Shown here in pieces: positions 38,727 through 64,000 of a stretch of 64,000 nucleotides of DNA (position 1 is its first letter; each line of letters begins with the position of its first letter). Source of the stretch: Hormiphora californensis (Eukaryota > Animalia > Ctenophora); assembly GCA_020137815.1 (NCBI GenBank), contig CM035356.1, positions 5,828,001 to 5,892,000 on the forward strand. Reading direction: 5' to 3'. The notes beneath the pieces are model-generated. The model saw nothing but the letters and a program-made list of their open reading frames with translations. It had not been told where the DNA came from and searched no databases. The position numbers and the translations under genes are program-made.

Positions 38727-39763
38727 TAACTACAGATATATATATCGCTCTCTATTCCCACACAGTTTCTTGCAGATAAGATAAGATATAAGAATAATCA
38801 TATTAATTGTGCTTTTTTTGTTGTTCTCCTTCTAATATGGGAGAAAAATATAATTATCTGCTCGAAATTATTAGATTTCGATTTCCTGGATATGATAAAA
38901 ACTCTTCTTTTCCAAAAATTACGTAATTTAATTTTATTTTGTGTCCCCGAAAAAAACGTGTGTATTCCGTAATTATTATTCCCTCTCTTTCTCTCCCTCT
39001 CTCTTTCTTTCCCTCTCTCACACACACTTGAATAAACACACTATCCCCTGGCGGGCTTTAAAAATATTAATAGGCTTCTAAAGTTCAATTATTGCCAACA
39101 CAGGATAATCAGATCTTGTTTAGAAAGAAAGATGGTTTCCGCGAAACGGTTTTGAACTGATTTAGAGTTTTGGTGTCCGTCTTTCTTTCTTGTTTATAAT
39201 ATATATTATGCTTCTTTTTCACTACCATTGCAGCGGCACACTCACACCCTCACTCTCAGTAAATAAATTGTATCTCTGTATCTCTTAAACATCTTTCATT
39301 TATTTTTTTCTTAGCGTGTTGTGTTATCATTTGCTAAGTCTGAAAACGTCACACGCCACACATATATAATATTAATATTTCATCAAGAAAACACCTATCT
39401 CTCTGTATCTTTCTCCCAGTTCCCAGTATAGTACAGCCGGATTTACCGGGCACGCCGATTCATATCGGGGTCCGACTGTACCATTTCCAACCACAATCAA
39501 TTACCATTTAAAACACCTAACATATATCATAAACTAGTTGACGTTTTTTACTCTCACTTTCCATACATATCACACACAGACGGGAATATAAATTTTTGGT
39601 TTTATGGATGGGGAATTCACACACAATCCACGGTAATATATAACACTCGGTTCCCACACACTCCTTCTCTCACTCTCTCCTGCCCCTCCTCTCCTAACCT
39701 CACGGAAAGGGAGTATAATATATATAGAGGAGAGAATTCGTTGATAAGATATCACGTGTATAA

Positions 39764-39872
39764 CAGGAACCGACCGAAACAAGTAAACAACCAATCAGAA
39801 CTCGTTATTTAGGTCACGTGACTGGTTATCAGCCAATCAGGGACCAGTATTTCCTGATTCGGTCGGTTCCTG
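39764..39872. mobile_element. 109-bp hAT-type MITE (same insertion as 43212-43320)
   Basis: TSD GTGTATAA in both copies. Confidence 0.92.
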
Positions 39873-39961
39873 GTGTATAATGTGTGCTGTGGAAAATGAA
39901 CGCGGGGAATCATCTATGTATCTAGATAGTATGTGTGTGTGTGTGTGTGTGTGTGAGTTAT

Positions 39962-40930
39962 TTAAATGTTCAGATGTGCTAACAATTCCTGTATATCCAC
40001 AGAATCGCCGTCCAAAAAGTCCAGGTTGAGGTTATCCGGCCCACCCTGGGGAGGGGGTCCTACACTGGCACCCCCACGGGCCCCAATCGGTCCAAACATA
40101 TCATAATTTCCATTAGTGGCGGGTGAAGGTCCCGATGTAGACGTTACGGGTACTGAAGATGGCATACCACCACCACCGGAGTTAGATGCCATACCACCAA
40201 AACCGTTCATGGTTGGCATAGGTCCACCGGCACCCATACCACCTGGTCCTGGCATGTTTCCGGGCATGTTACCACCCAGAAGGGAGGATACCCCGGCGAG
40301 ATTTCCAGCGCTAAGTGAGGGGGCTAGTCCTGCTTGGTGGAGGGGTGTTGATCGGGGGATGTTGGCAGCTGCAGCTAGGTTTGCCGTGCTGAGACCCGGG
40401 TAGGAGGCCATTCCACTGATTCCAGAGAGGTTTAAACCGAGTCCTGGACCACCGGGGTTTTGTGCCTGCAACAGAGAGAGAAATTCAGTGGTTACTTACT
40501 TTTGAGTTTTGCTGTTTCGATGAAAACATGTATAACTCTAACTACTTAATTCGCAAATTTCTCCATCTCGAAAGTGGTCGACTTTCCAGCAAACTAATTT
40601 CTGTTAGTTTTTGGTATAATATAATTCTCCCTCCCTACCTGGTTTAAAAGTGGCCCGGCTGCAGCACTACGCTTGTACAACGACAACAACTCCTCAGTCC
40701 TCTTGAACTGCTGTGCGGCTGCATACTGTTGCTGTTGCTGCCTCTGATGCTGGTACAACAGATCCTGAACCTTCTCGCTCTGCTCCTCCATCTTCTTTTC
40801 TAGTAACAGCTTCAAAAGGAGCTCTGATTGGGACTCATCCGGGGGAGGACCCTCGTGGTGATGTTGCTGTTGGTGGAGCTTCCGCTGTGCAAGGATTTGT
40901 TCAAATGTCAGGGCACTTCCTGGTTCGTAC
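39962..40930 (-). CDS. Second copy of the last two exons (40930-40639, 40465-39962) of the N4BP1-like gene
   Basis: Identical protein to 44388-44097 and 43913-43410, with intact splice sites. Confidence 0.75.
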
Positions 40931-41481
40931 CTGGGGTGGAAATTAGAAATGTTTTACAAAATATTAACTGTTTCTCACCCCAATATATTCACCCTGCTAA
41001 CCTTGCCCACTGAATACTTAATATTCTACGTGTGTTGGTTACATTTTATGTTTATCAAGAAAGGCGTAGTGCTATATCGAAAGATCTCCCTCGGTATAAC
41101 ACTACACCGCTCTTTTGATCTCAGATCAAAGAGAAACTCCTGGAGAAAGAGAAAACAAAGAGAAGGAAAAATCAGCGGGGAGGGAGATCTCAGGTACTTC
41201 TGTGGAAGGTTTGTATTGTGCAATGTGCAAATGTGGAAATGGGTGTATGATGTTTGCTGTAGCGATTACGCAACACATCCCTCTCATACATCAAGTCCAA
41301 AAAGTACCGTCTTTGGGTATTTCAGGGAAAGGAGCTGAGATTTGCGTTGTTCTTCCTTCGAATTTTTGACGACATAGTTCGCGGGGAACCAAGTTGAAAC
41401 ACAGTACGAGGGGTGAACCAAGCTGTACCAGCTTTGTGTTAGAATATAGTGAAAAGAGAGACAAATTGAGTACGAAGGATC

Positions 41482-41581
41482 NNNNNNNNNNNNNNNNNNN
41501 NNNNNNNNNNNNNNNNNNNNNNNNNNNNNNNNNNNNNNNNNNNNNNNNNNNNNNNNNNNNNNNNNNNNNNNNNNNNNNNNN
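41482..41581. other. Assembly gap (100 N)
   Basis: Run of N. Confidence 1.
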
Positions 41582-42039
41582 TCCCCCCCTTGGCCCATCT
41601 CTTAAACATCTTTCATTTATTTTTTTCTTAGCGTGTTGTGTTATCATTTGCTAAGTCTGAAAACGCCACACGCCACACACATATATTAATATTTCATCAA
41701 GAAAACACCTATCTCTCTGTATCTTTCTCCCAATTCCCAGTATAGTACAGCCGGATTTACCGGGCACGCCGATTCATATCGGGGTCCGACTGTACCATTT
41801 CCAACCACAATCAATTACCATTTAAAACACCTAACATATATCATAAACTAGTTGACGTTTTTTACTCTCACTTTCCATACATATCACACACAGACGGGAA
41901 TATAAATTTTTGGTTTTATGGATGGGGAATTCACACACAATCCACGGTAATATATAACACTCGGTTCCCACACACTCCTTCTCTCACTCTCTCCTGTCCC
42001 TCCTCTCCTATCCTCACGGAAAGGGAGTATAATATATAT

Positions 42040-43169
42040 GGTCAATGTTATTTTTGTCTGGCTCGCTGACCAAAATTTTCCATCGAGCTATAGTAAATAG
42101 GCTACAACCCCCAAGGTTTTACTCAGCACCTCAAAAAATTGAAAAATTGTCAAAACTTCATTATTGTGAAAACGCGATGTCTCTAGCTCAATCCAGTGAG
42201 GTGCTATACACTGAAATATCCCGTGAGGTGCCCACGTGAGGTGCTTTTGATTTACAGGAATACCGTTTGAGCAAAAATCTCGAAATTTTCGGAAAAGTTA
42301 GATTGATTTCTAACTCATCAGATGAGGTGAAAAGCTAAGACAATTTTACTCATTTAGTGAGGTGCAAGCCCTTTTTAGAGCCAAAAGTTTACTCTTCAGG
42401 GGTCAAATGAGTGAATAATGATTTGAAACTTGGTATATAGCAAGATTGGACAATTTCCCCCCTGATTTACCTAAAATTTAATCTAAAAATTACTCAGCGA
42501 GTGAGGTGCAGACCTTTGAAAAATGACATATTTTACCTACTTCTCCAGGGCACCTCACAGGTTGAGTAATGACATTGGAGTCGATAAGGAAGTGTTTGGG
42601 GATGTCATATGAGCAAATTAAGGCCACTTTTAGAACTATATACTCACTGAGTGAGGTGCAATTAGCGTTTGAAGAAAATACCGTTTTTTGGGTGCACCTC
42701 ACTCATTGAGCAAAATTTTTGGAACTTTTTTGGTACAAATGATGGTTTTGAGTCTACTGCAAGTATCTAGCTAGGAAAAGTCGTGAAACGTGAGGTGCTA
42801 CAGGCTTAAAAGTAGCTGTAAGTATACAGTGTAACTTTAAACACCGTTTGCACCTCATAGATTGAGTAAGTTTGCTTACATATTTTAATAGGTGTTTATA
42901 TTGGACATTTTTCAGCATATTTTCGAAAATTTTAAGAAAAATTATTAAAAATTGACGGAACAGCACATGCTTTTGCAAACTATGTCACCGGCACCTCACG
43001 AAATGAGTTATTCAAATTTTAGAGTTGTAAAAGCGATTATTATACATTTTTATTAATAAATTCGGAATATTTCGTTAATTTGGCATTATTTAGTTGTCCA
43101 AAAATGACTAAATGTAAAAGTGTCCATTTTTCGAAGTCAAAAACGAACCAGACAAAAATAACATTGACC
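42040..43169. mobile_element. 1.13-kb non-autonomous DNA transposon, polymorphic insertion
   Basis: TIR GGTCAATGTTATTTTTGTCTGG / CCAGACAAAAATAACATTGACC. The empty site at ~39716-39726 gives an ATAT TSD (or TA if the termini are TGG/CCA). Confidence 0.9.
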
Positions 43170-43211
43170 ATATAGAGGAGAGAATTCGTTGATAAGATAT
43201 CACGTGTATAA

Positions 43212-43320
43212 CAGGAACCGACCGAAACAAGTAAACAACCAATCAGAAATCGTTATTTAGGTCACGTGACTGGTTATCAGCCAATCAGGGACCAGTATTT
43301 CCTGATTCAGTCGGTTCCTG
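43212..43320. mobile_element. 109-bp hAT-type MITE
   Basis: TSD GTGTATAA. Confidence 0.92.
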
Positions 43321-43409
43321 GTGTATAATGTGTGCTGTGGAAAATGAACGCGGGGAATCATATATGTATCTAGATAGTATGTGTGTGTGTGTGTGTGTGT
43401 GTGAGTTAT

Positions 43410-57842
<14,433 letters not shown>

Positions 57843-58416
57843 GGTCTGCTCAATTATATCTGTAACTCTCGGCTGTGTGTGTGTATACTGTTGTTATTGT
57901 TGTGTGTGTAGGATATTATCCTCAGTCCACAGCAGTTTTACATACCATAACCTAGCCTTCCTAGAAATAGTGATGTTTTCAGTAGTAAATAGTGTAATTA
58001 GTAACAAGTAATAAGTAGTAATTAGTAACTAGCAATTAGTGTTGTTTTCACTAGTTATCTAAATTCAAATAAAAGGGGAGGGGATTGAGGGGTAAACCTC
58101 ACATCATCTCACATGTGGACTCCTGTCACACCCGTGCTTGGAGCACAGCAGTCGAGGTTTACCTCTCAACTCCATCTGAATCTATATTCTATGTTGCAAT
58201 CGTTTTGTTAGTTAAAATACTGAAAGTTTGCTAAGACTATAAAATACAGGTATTGTAACGAGTCAACAAGAACAACAAAACAAAATATGCGATAAAATAA
58301 TATTAAAACTATGATGTCAGACATTGTCCACAATAAATTTATCACCGCAATATGCGTGAATGGTAAACGCTGTAATTTTTGGATGTACACCGCAAACGGA
58401 CACGCCAAAGAGTCGG

Positions 58417-58447
<31 letters not shown>

Positions 58448-60352
58448 TGTGTGTGTCTGAGAGAGAGAGAGAGAGATAGGGAGATTATAGACAGAGAGGG
58501 AGAGATAGAGACGCGGTAATCAGGAAATATTATATGACACGCCACAACATGCTCCCGGCTGATGTCATTCTAAGAAAATACGACAATTTTCAAGACACAC
58601 AGACACACTCAGAGAGAAAGAATAATTCCAGCGAATGATCAAAGACAAAGGATCAATGGCTACAACTAGGAAACGAATGATTACGTTCATAAGGATTATT
58701 ATCATTAATTCTCTATAACACTCCAGTTTGTGAGCAAAAATAGGGTCATCAGAAAATCATAAGGACTATTTTATTACGATTGAATCTATTTTATTATGAT
58801 TGAATCTATTTTATTGTATAAAAGAGACAGGTAACATTATCATTACCAACTTAGCCATGTGTGTGCTCTCAGTTAGGACTCAGGAGTCCGGAAGACTCCT
58901 TTGATCATTAAAATGATTTTAGAATGCCGTGGATGTGATGAAAACTGACAGGCATATCGTTTATAATTGGTTCGTTTAAAACTGGTTCTTGTCATATACA
59001 AATCAAACATCTTAGATATGCTATTTGCTCGAGCAGCTCGAGCAGTGAGTAACAGCTATAGCTCGAGTCGATGTAACATCTCTGATCTCGCACGCTGCGT
59101 GAGGTCTTATGGGACAAAACAATTCAGGTTCATTATTCTTTACCAATACATCAAGGTATTTTAGGGACTAGAGTTACTGGTAGGAATTCTTTAGGATCGA
59201 AGGGCTGTGATCAGTAGGAATTGTGCGACCAGCTCGTCGCCAGGCCCCTGTGACCTGTCGCCAGACTCCAGAGGCCAGGACCCAAGCTCTACTCTCTAGG
59301 GCCAAACTAAAATCGGGAATATATTTAACAATAACAATAACAATAACATTATACATATTTAAATCGCTTTTGAGCTATATAATGCTATTCTCGATCAGCT
59401 TAAACAGCGTCCTCTCGATAATAGCAAGCTTTCTAAAGCGCTTCATCGCTGAAATAACCTATAGACATTCGTCCTCGTCGTCATAGATAATAAATTATAT
59501 AAAAATAAAAACGGACTTAGATAATTAATAAATAAGATACAAAAGACAGACTGAACACCGATGGACATACAAATACATGCAACACACACACACACACACG
59601 TCATACACATACAAATTCATACAAACACAAGCAAGTACTTAACATACGAACAATTAAGCACACAACCAAATTCACCAACGTCAAACGGAGTCCAGAGATA
59701 ATCAATCCTACCACATACTGAACAAAATAAAGAAATAAACGCTAATTGAGTGTTGTCCTCATTACTCATTAGTTCATTGTGACTAGGACTCGCTTTGTCT
59801 TGGATTATTATTATCATGGTTATTGGTTATCATGGAGGAATATCAGTTTCACACTTAGGAGATATCATGTAGGATTTCAGGATTTAGGAATTTACTTTAG
59901 GTCTTTTAGTTCTGAAAATAAGGTGCTCTGGAGGGGGTTAATCTTCATAGTAGAAGCCTCCAAGAGCAATATAGCACTGTGAATTGCGTAGCCAAGACTA
60001 CACAATTCACAGTCCCATTGTGTGAGAAGTCAACTGTACACGTCAAACAGTTGCCAAAAGGCGTATCTACAAGTAAGTCAGTGTCTAGATCTGTCATGGG
60101 TGGGGATTCTTTTTTTTATTCTCACACACACTTTTTTTCTCACATTATTTTTCTGACATCCCTCTTTCTTTTTTAACTTTTACTACCTCACATTCGATCA
60201 TGTATTTTTCCGTTTTTTGCTGAGGAGGACGAAACATACAGAAACATTTCAATAATATCTACTCAATACCCTATCTCCCAGGACCCCGTCTTGAAAGATC
60301 AATATTCAAATCCATATCATCCATCACTAGCAACTACACACATAATAACATG

Positions 60353-63304
60353 CTACTCAGAGAAGGCCTTGGAAAACAACAGTGTTTTTAGATCAGTTTT
60401 GAACCTCTGTAAAGTCCTAGATCGACGGAGCTCCCGCGGAAGATTGTTCCATAGCTTAGGCCCTGATACACTGAAAGCCCTTTCCGTTGTTTTGTATTTG
60501 GGATGCGGAGTTTCAAGAAGAAGATCATCATAATCTGCACGAAGTGTCATTGGTTTTTTCTTCCTCTTTTCCAGAAGGCCAGTTAGGTATTCGGGTGCCA
60601 GGCCGTTCATACATTTATAGACCAAAACACAGGTTTTGAAATTGATCCTTTCACTCACTGGTAGGAAATGTAATGCCTTACGCAACGTCGTTGTGCCTTG
60701 CCACCTCCTCTGTCCATAAATGAATCTAGCTGCTGCATTTTGTACCTTTTGTAACTCAGCAACATTCCGTTTAGTCATCCCAGACATCAGAGAATTGCAG
60801 TAGTCTATTTTTGAATGAACTAAGCTGCATACCAATATTGTCCTAAGCTTCCGAGATAGCTTTCCAGCAATTCGCCACAGATTAACCAGAGTAGATTTAC
60901 ATGACCTGACCACAGCCGTGACGTGCTCATCTAAGGACAGCTTCGAGTCAAAGTACACCCCGAGGTTCTTCGCCGAACTCGTTACCAATGAGGGCCCACT
61001 ATCTTCAAATAGCTGCATAGAGTCAACAGAACTACCACCTCTCGGGGACAAAATCAGTACTTCAGTCTTAGTTGGGTTAAGTTGAAGGAAGTTTGTCGTG
61101 AGCCAGGCCTGTATATCAGAGACACAGCGCCTTAACTTTTGTTCTACCTCTGAGATATCATCCGAGGAATATGCCGCATAGACCTGTGTATCATCCGCAT
61201 AAAAGTGAATACCAACACCATGTCGATCAGCAATGGCTTCTAGCTCAGTCGTGTAACAAATGAACAATATCGGTCCTAAAATAGACCCCTGTGGGACTCC
61301 GATGGATAGTTCGGTAAGGGCTGACTTCATATCCCCCAACACCACTGCAGCATTACGCCCCGTTAAGTAACTCTGAAACCAATTCAGAGTAGTCCCCTTT
61401 ACTCCATACAACTTTTCTAGCCGCTTCAGAAGTATCGCATGATTCACTGTATCAAAAGCAGCACTTAAGTCTAACAACAAAAGTACTACCTTCGACTTGT
61501 CATCAGTCAGAGTCAGTAGATCATCAAAGATCCGTAAGGTGGCAGTTTCGCAACTTTTGTGTCGACGATATGCAGACTGTTTCTTCGAGAGTAAATTGTT
61601 ATCCTCCAGGTGCCTTACAAACTGGTCCGCTGCGCACTTCTCTATTAGCTTTCCAAGGAACGGAAGATTACTCACCGGTCGATAGTTCCCCAAGTCATCC
61701 GGGTCTAGATTTGCCTTCTTGATGGTTGGACGAATCAATGCCGTTTTTAAAGCCGTAGGAAAAACCCCCGATGACAAGCTATCATTAACTATTTTCGACA
61801 AGATAGGAAGTAGTTCACCGAACAGTTTTCGTACAAAGGATGTTGGTATAGGATCAAGGGTACAGTGTTTCGTGCTCATTTCCATGATGGTAGACCGAAG
61901 CACTTCATCAGAAACCGGCTCAAATTTGAAAATCGGAACAGATGATGGTGAGTCACTTTGTGTAGTCATGGAGACAGGTTGAACGTGATTGTGGCACTTC
62001 TCCTCCATTCGTCGATAGATTTTCTCAACCTTCCCTTTAAAAGCTCCCATGAAGGTGTCAGCAAGCTTGCCTTTTTCAATGTTCCCAGGCATGACTTCAA
62101 CATTTTCCCTCCCCAGAAGGTGGTTCGAAGTTTGCCAAGTAGCCCGAGGGTCATGCTGTTGTTCTTCGAGACGAGCCGCGAAGTAGTTTTCTCTTACTCC
62201 AGTCAGGATTTTATCAGTTTCCTTCTCCTGTGCTTTACAGTCCTCAAAGAAGTTGAGTATCACAACGGGGTCTGTTTTGGTCCGAAGAATTGCCCTATAT
62301 TTCCTTTCTTTCCTCCTTCTTTCCCTTCTTGCCCCTTGGCAGATCTCATAGTTCTGTGTGAACCATTTATTACTGCGAGTTTTAACCTTCCTAGTAACCA
62401 CGGGCGCCCGACTATCCATAAACCCCGTCAACACCGAGATATACAGCTCAACACACTGGTCCAGGTCATCAGGTAACTCATCACAAAGATCCGACTGAAG
62501 AATGTCTTCCCTAAGATCCTCAATGTCAAGGTCTTTCATTTTTCGGCTTGTAACTAGCTTAAACTCACTGTTAGAACTACAGCCAGCCACATTTAGAGAG
62601 AAGCTCACTAGTGAATGATCAGGAAGAGCAGGTGCCCTATAAGTTTCCAGTCCGTCCAACGCCGTAAGGTCTGCATCCCTGGTTAGTACCAAATCAAGTG
62701 TGCCACCCCTCACATGCGTAGGCCCGATAACATGTTGAGACCATCCCTCCGACAGAATAAGCGCTTTAAACTTCTGTGTGAATCGGTCAGTATCATCTTG
62801 GAATCTAACATTAAAGTCGCCCATGACAACAGGAACGCCGCCCTTTGATACAAAGGAATTTAGATAGCTGCCAAACTCAGTTATGAAGTGAGTATAGTCA
62901 TTCCCCGTGCGATAGATAACAGCAAGCCGGACTCCAACACTGCCCTTCACGAAGATCTCCAGACATTCAAAAGACTTAGTGGATGTTTTACACGTAGTAA
63001 ACTTGATCTTATTCCGAATAATGAACGCCACTCCACCCCCTCGCTTCCCTTTCCTCGGTGCATTAACCAGAGTGTGCCTCCAATCCCCCACCTCCGCCGC
63101 CAGTGAAGATTCATCTAAGTTAAGCCACGTTTCAGTAAGAGCTAGAATCCCAAGTCCATTTTCGACCATCATTCCCATGACCTGATTAACCTTGTTCCGC
63201 AAGGAGAAACAGTTGCCAAGTCCAACCTTAATGGTCCTGCACCCTACCTTCCCTAAATCAGTCACACGCCCATCTTCACCAACTAGTTTTTTGCATTCCT
63301 TAGT
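60353..63304 (-). CDS. LINE ORF2: APE endonuclease + reverse transcriptase
   Basis: LTETWL, GGGVA, GDFN, TLDL and DH (APE); YRPVSNL, LDLSAAFDTV, GVPQGSILGP and YADD (RT); C-terminal RAFSVSGPKLWNNLP typical of the L2/CR1 group. Frame is open from 63304; first ATG only at 63178. Confidence 0.95.
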   Translation of the reverse strand, partial: TKECKKLVGEDGRVTDLGKVGCRTIKVGLGNCFSLRNKVNQVMGMMVENGLGILALTETWLNLDESSLAAEVGDWRHTLVNAPRKGKRGGGVAFIIRNKIKFTTCKTSTKSFECLEIFVKGSVGVRLAVIYRTGNDYTHFITEFGSYLNSFVSKGGVPVVMGDFNVRFQDDTDRFTQKFKALILSEGWSQHVIGPTHVRGGTLDLVLTRDADLTALDGLETYRAPALPDHSLVSFSLNVAGCSSNSEFKLVTSRKMKDLDIEDLREDILQSDLCDELPDDLDQCVELYISVLTGFMDSRAPVVTRKVKTRSNKWFTQNYEICQGARRERRRKERKYRAILRTKTDPVVILNFFEDCKAQEKETDKILTGVRENYFAARLEEQQHDPRATWQTSNHLLGRENVEVMPGNIEKGKLADTFMGAFKGKVEKIYRRMEEKCHNHVQPVSMTTQSDSPSSVPIFKFEPVSDEVLRSTIMEMSTKHCTLDPIPTSFVRKLFGELLPILSKIVNDSLSSGVFPTALKTALIRPTIKKANLDPDDLGNYRPVSNLPFLGKLIEKCAADQFVRHLEDNNLLSKKQSAYRRHKSCETATLRIFDDLLTLTDDKSKVVLLLLDLSAAFDTVNHAILLKRLEKLYGVKGTTLNWFQSYLTGRNAAVVLGDMKSALTELSIGVPQGSILGPILFICYTTELEAIADRHGVGIHFYADDTQVYAAYSSDDISEVEQKLRRCVSDIQAWLTTNFLQLNPTKTEVLILSPRGGSSVDSMQLFEDSGPSLVTSSAKNLGVYFDSKLSLDEHVTAVVRSCKSTLVNLWRIAGKLSRKLRTILVCSLVHSKIDYCNSLMSGMTKRNVAELQKVQNAAARFIYGQRRWQGTTTLRKALHFLPVSERINFKTCVLVYKCMNGLAPEYLTGLLEKRKKKPMTLRADYDDLLLETPHPKYKTTERAFSVSGPKLWNNLPRELRRSRTLQRFKTDLKTLLFSKAFSE

Positions 63305-64000
63305 TTAAGAAGGAAAACAGGACAGTCAGGCGAACCGGCATTGTGTGAGTTGGCATTACCCTTCAGCTTAGGGTCACTGGCATTTTTACAGTTAGTGCAA
63401 CACACTCTCCCCCTGTTCTTACAATCCTTTGTCTTGTGGCCTTCCGCACAGAACATACATGTAGCCTGTGGTTGCTCGCATTCCCACGCTTTGTGGCCAA
63501 ATTTCTGGCAACGGTAGCACTGTGGAATATAGTACCGATCTTCCACCCTACAGGAAACATTTCTAACGAAAAGTTTTCCTCCCTTTACCAACAAGTCCCG
63601 AAGAGCGCAAGAAACTCTCAACCCCACGTTAACCCGTTCTCTCGCTCTCGATTTCCCAACATAGACAACCTCCAAAGTATGCCCCTGGTCTATTAGAGAG
63701 CTCACCTTAGAGTTCTTCATCCGAATCATCTCAACTATGGCACTATCCAAATCACTCCGGCCCATATCAACTGGAAATTCTTCCACGGGAAGTGGAAAGT
63801 CCTTAACCGTAACCTTAGGCAGTTTAATAGATGTCTTATAGGTCGCTGCCTCGGGAAGAACTGCCTTAAGCTGACTCTCAGCAGATTGAAGCATGTCCTG
63901 ATCAGGTAAGGCAATTATTACATCGCCATTGGCCTCCGCCCTCATGAAGGACACAGGTGTCTCCTTTAGAGCCTCAGAAGCTCGTTTTACAGCCGTATCT
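63283..64000 (-). CDS. LINE ORF1 (gag-like, three CCHC-type knuckles), 5'-partial
   Basis: CYRCQKFGHKAWEC, CMFCAEGHKTKDC and CTNC...H...C. Frame stays open to the window edge. Confidence 0.9.
   Translation of the reverse strand, partial: DTAVKRASEALKETPVSFMRAEANGDVIIALPDQDMLQSAESQLKAVLPEAATYKTSIKLPKVTVKDFPLPVEEFPVDMGRSDLDSAIVEMIRMKNSKVSSLIDQGHTLEVVYVGKSRARERVNVGLRVSCALRDLLVKGGKLFVRNVSCRVEDRYYIPQCYRCQKFGHKAWECEQPQATCMFCAEGHKTKDCKNRGRVCCTNCKNASDPKLKGNANSHNAGSPDCPVFLLKLRNAKN

Larger units (their letters stand above)
39280..41230. repeat. Duplicate (probably alternative haplotype) of 41597-44683
   Basis: Colinear high-identity copy on the other side of the 100-N gap. It lacks the 42040-43169 insertion. 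Confidence 0.85.
59326..64000 (-). mobile_element. CR1/L2-group non-LTR retrotransposon (LINE), 5' end outside the window
   Basis: Intact ORF2 and a partial ORF1. ~1-kb 3' UTR ending in AAGCGCTTTAG...hairpin...AAAAGCGATTTAAAT...(GTTATT)n at 59326-59440. The 3' boundary is inferred from this tail. Confidence 0.88.

Overview
Eukaryotic (animal) genomic DNA with many introns, (AG)n tracts and MITEs. The repeat landscape and compact genes look ctenophore-like (inference, not verified). By following GT..AG boundaries by hand I reconstructed: (1) a complete 22-exon SCAPER gene (minus, 14009-28326, ~1818 aa, one 2.6-kb exon); (2) a HIP1/HIP1R/Sla2-type gene visible only as its C-terminal I/LWEQ (THATCH) part (plus, ~28639/30379-34480); (3) a 10-exon N4BP1/KHNYN-like gene (minus, 43410-57842, ~701 aa) with two GxxG KH domains and a UBA-like domain but no NYN/PIN nuclease, whose last two exons recur across a 100-N gap, probably as a second haplotype; (4) a striatin N-terminal exon (minus, 12051-12185); (5) an apparently intact CR1/L2-group LINE (minus, 59326 to the window end) with an A_AAA_AAC -1 slippery site joining ORF1 to ORF2. 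There are also several families of non-autonomous DNA transposons, two foldback structures and many tandem arrays. The most striking pattern is tandem arrays built from or abutting splice sites, including ~41 near-identical copies of a complete 3' splice site plus exon start. Regions ~1250-3830 and ~5650-9000 look error-rich (homopolymer-inflated) and are only partly interpretable.
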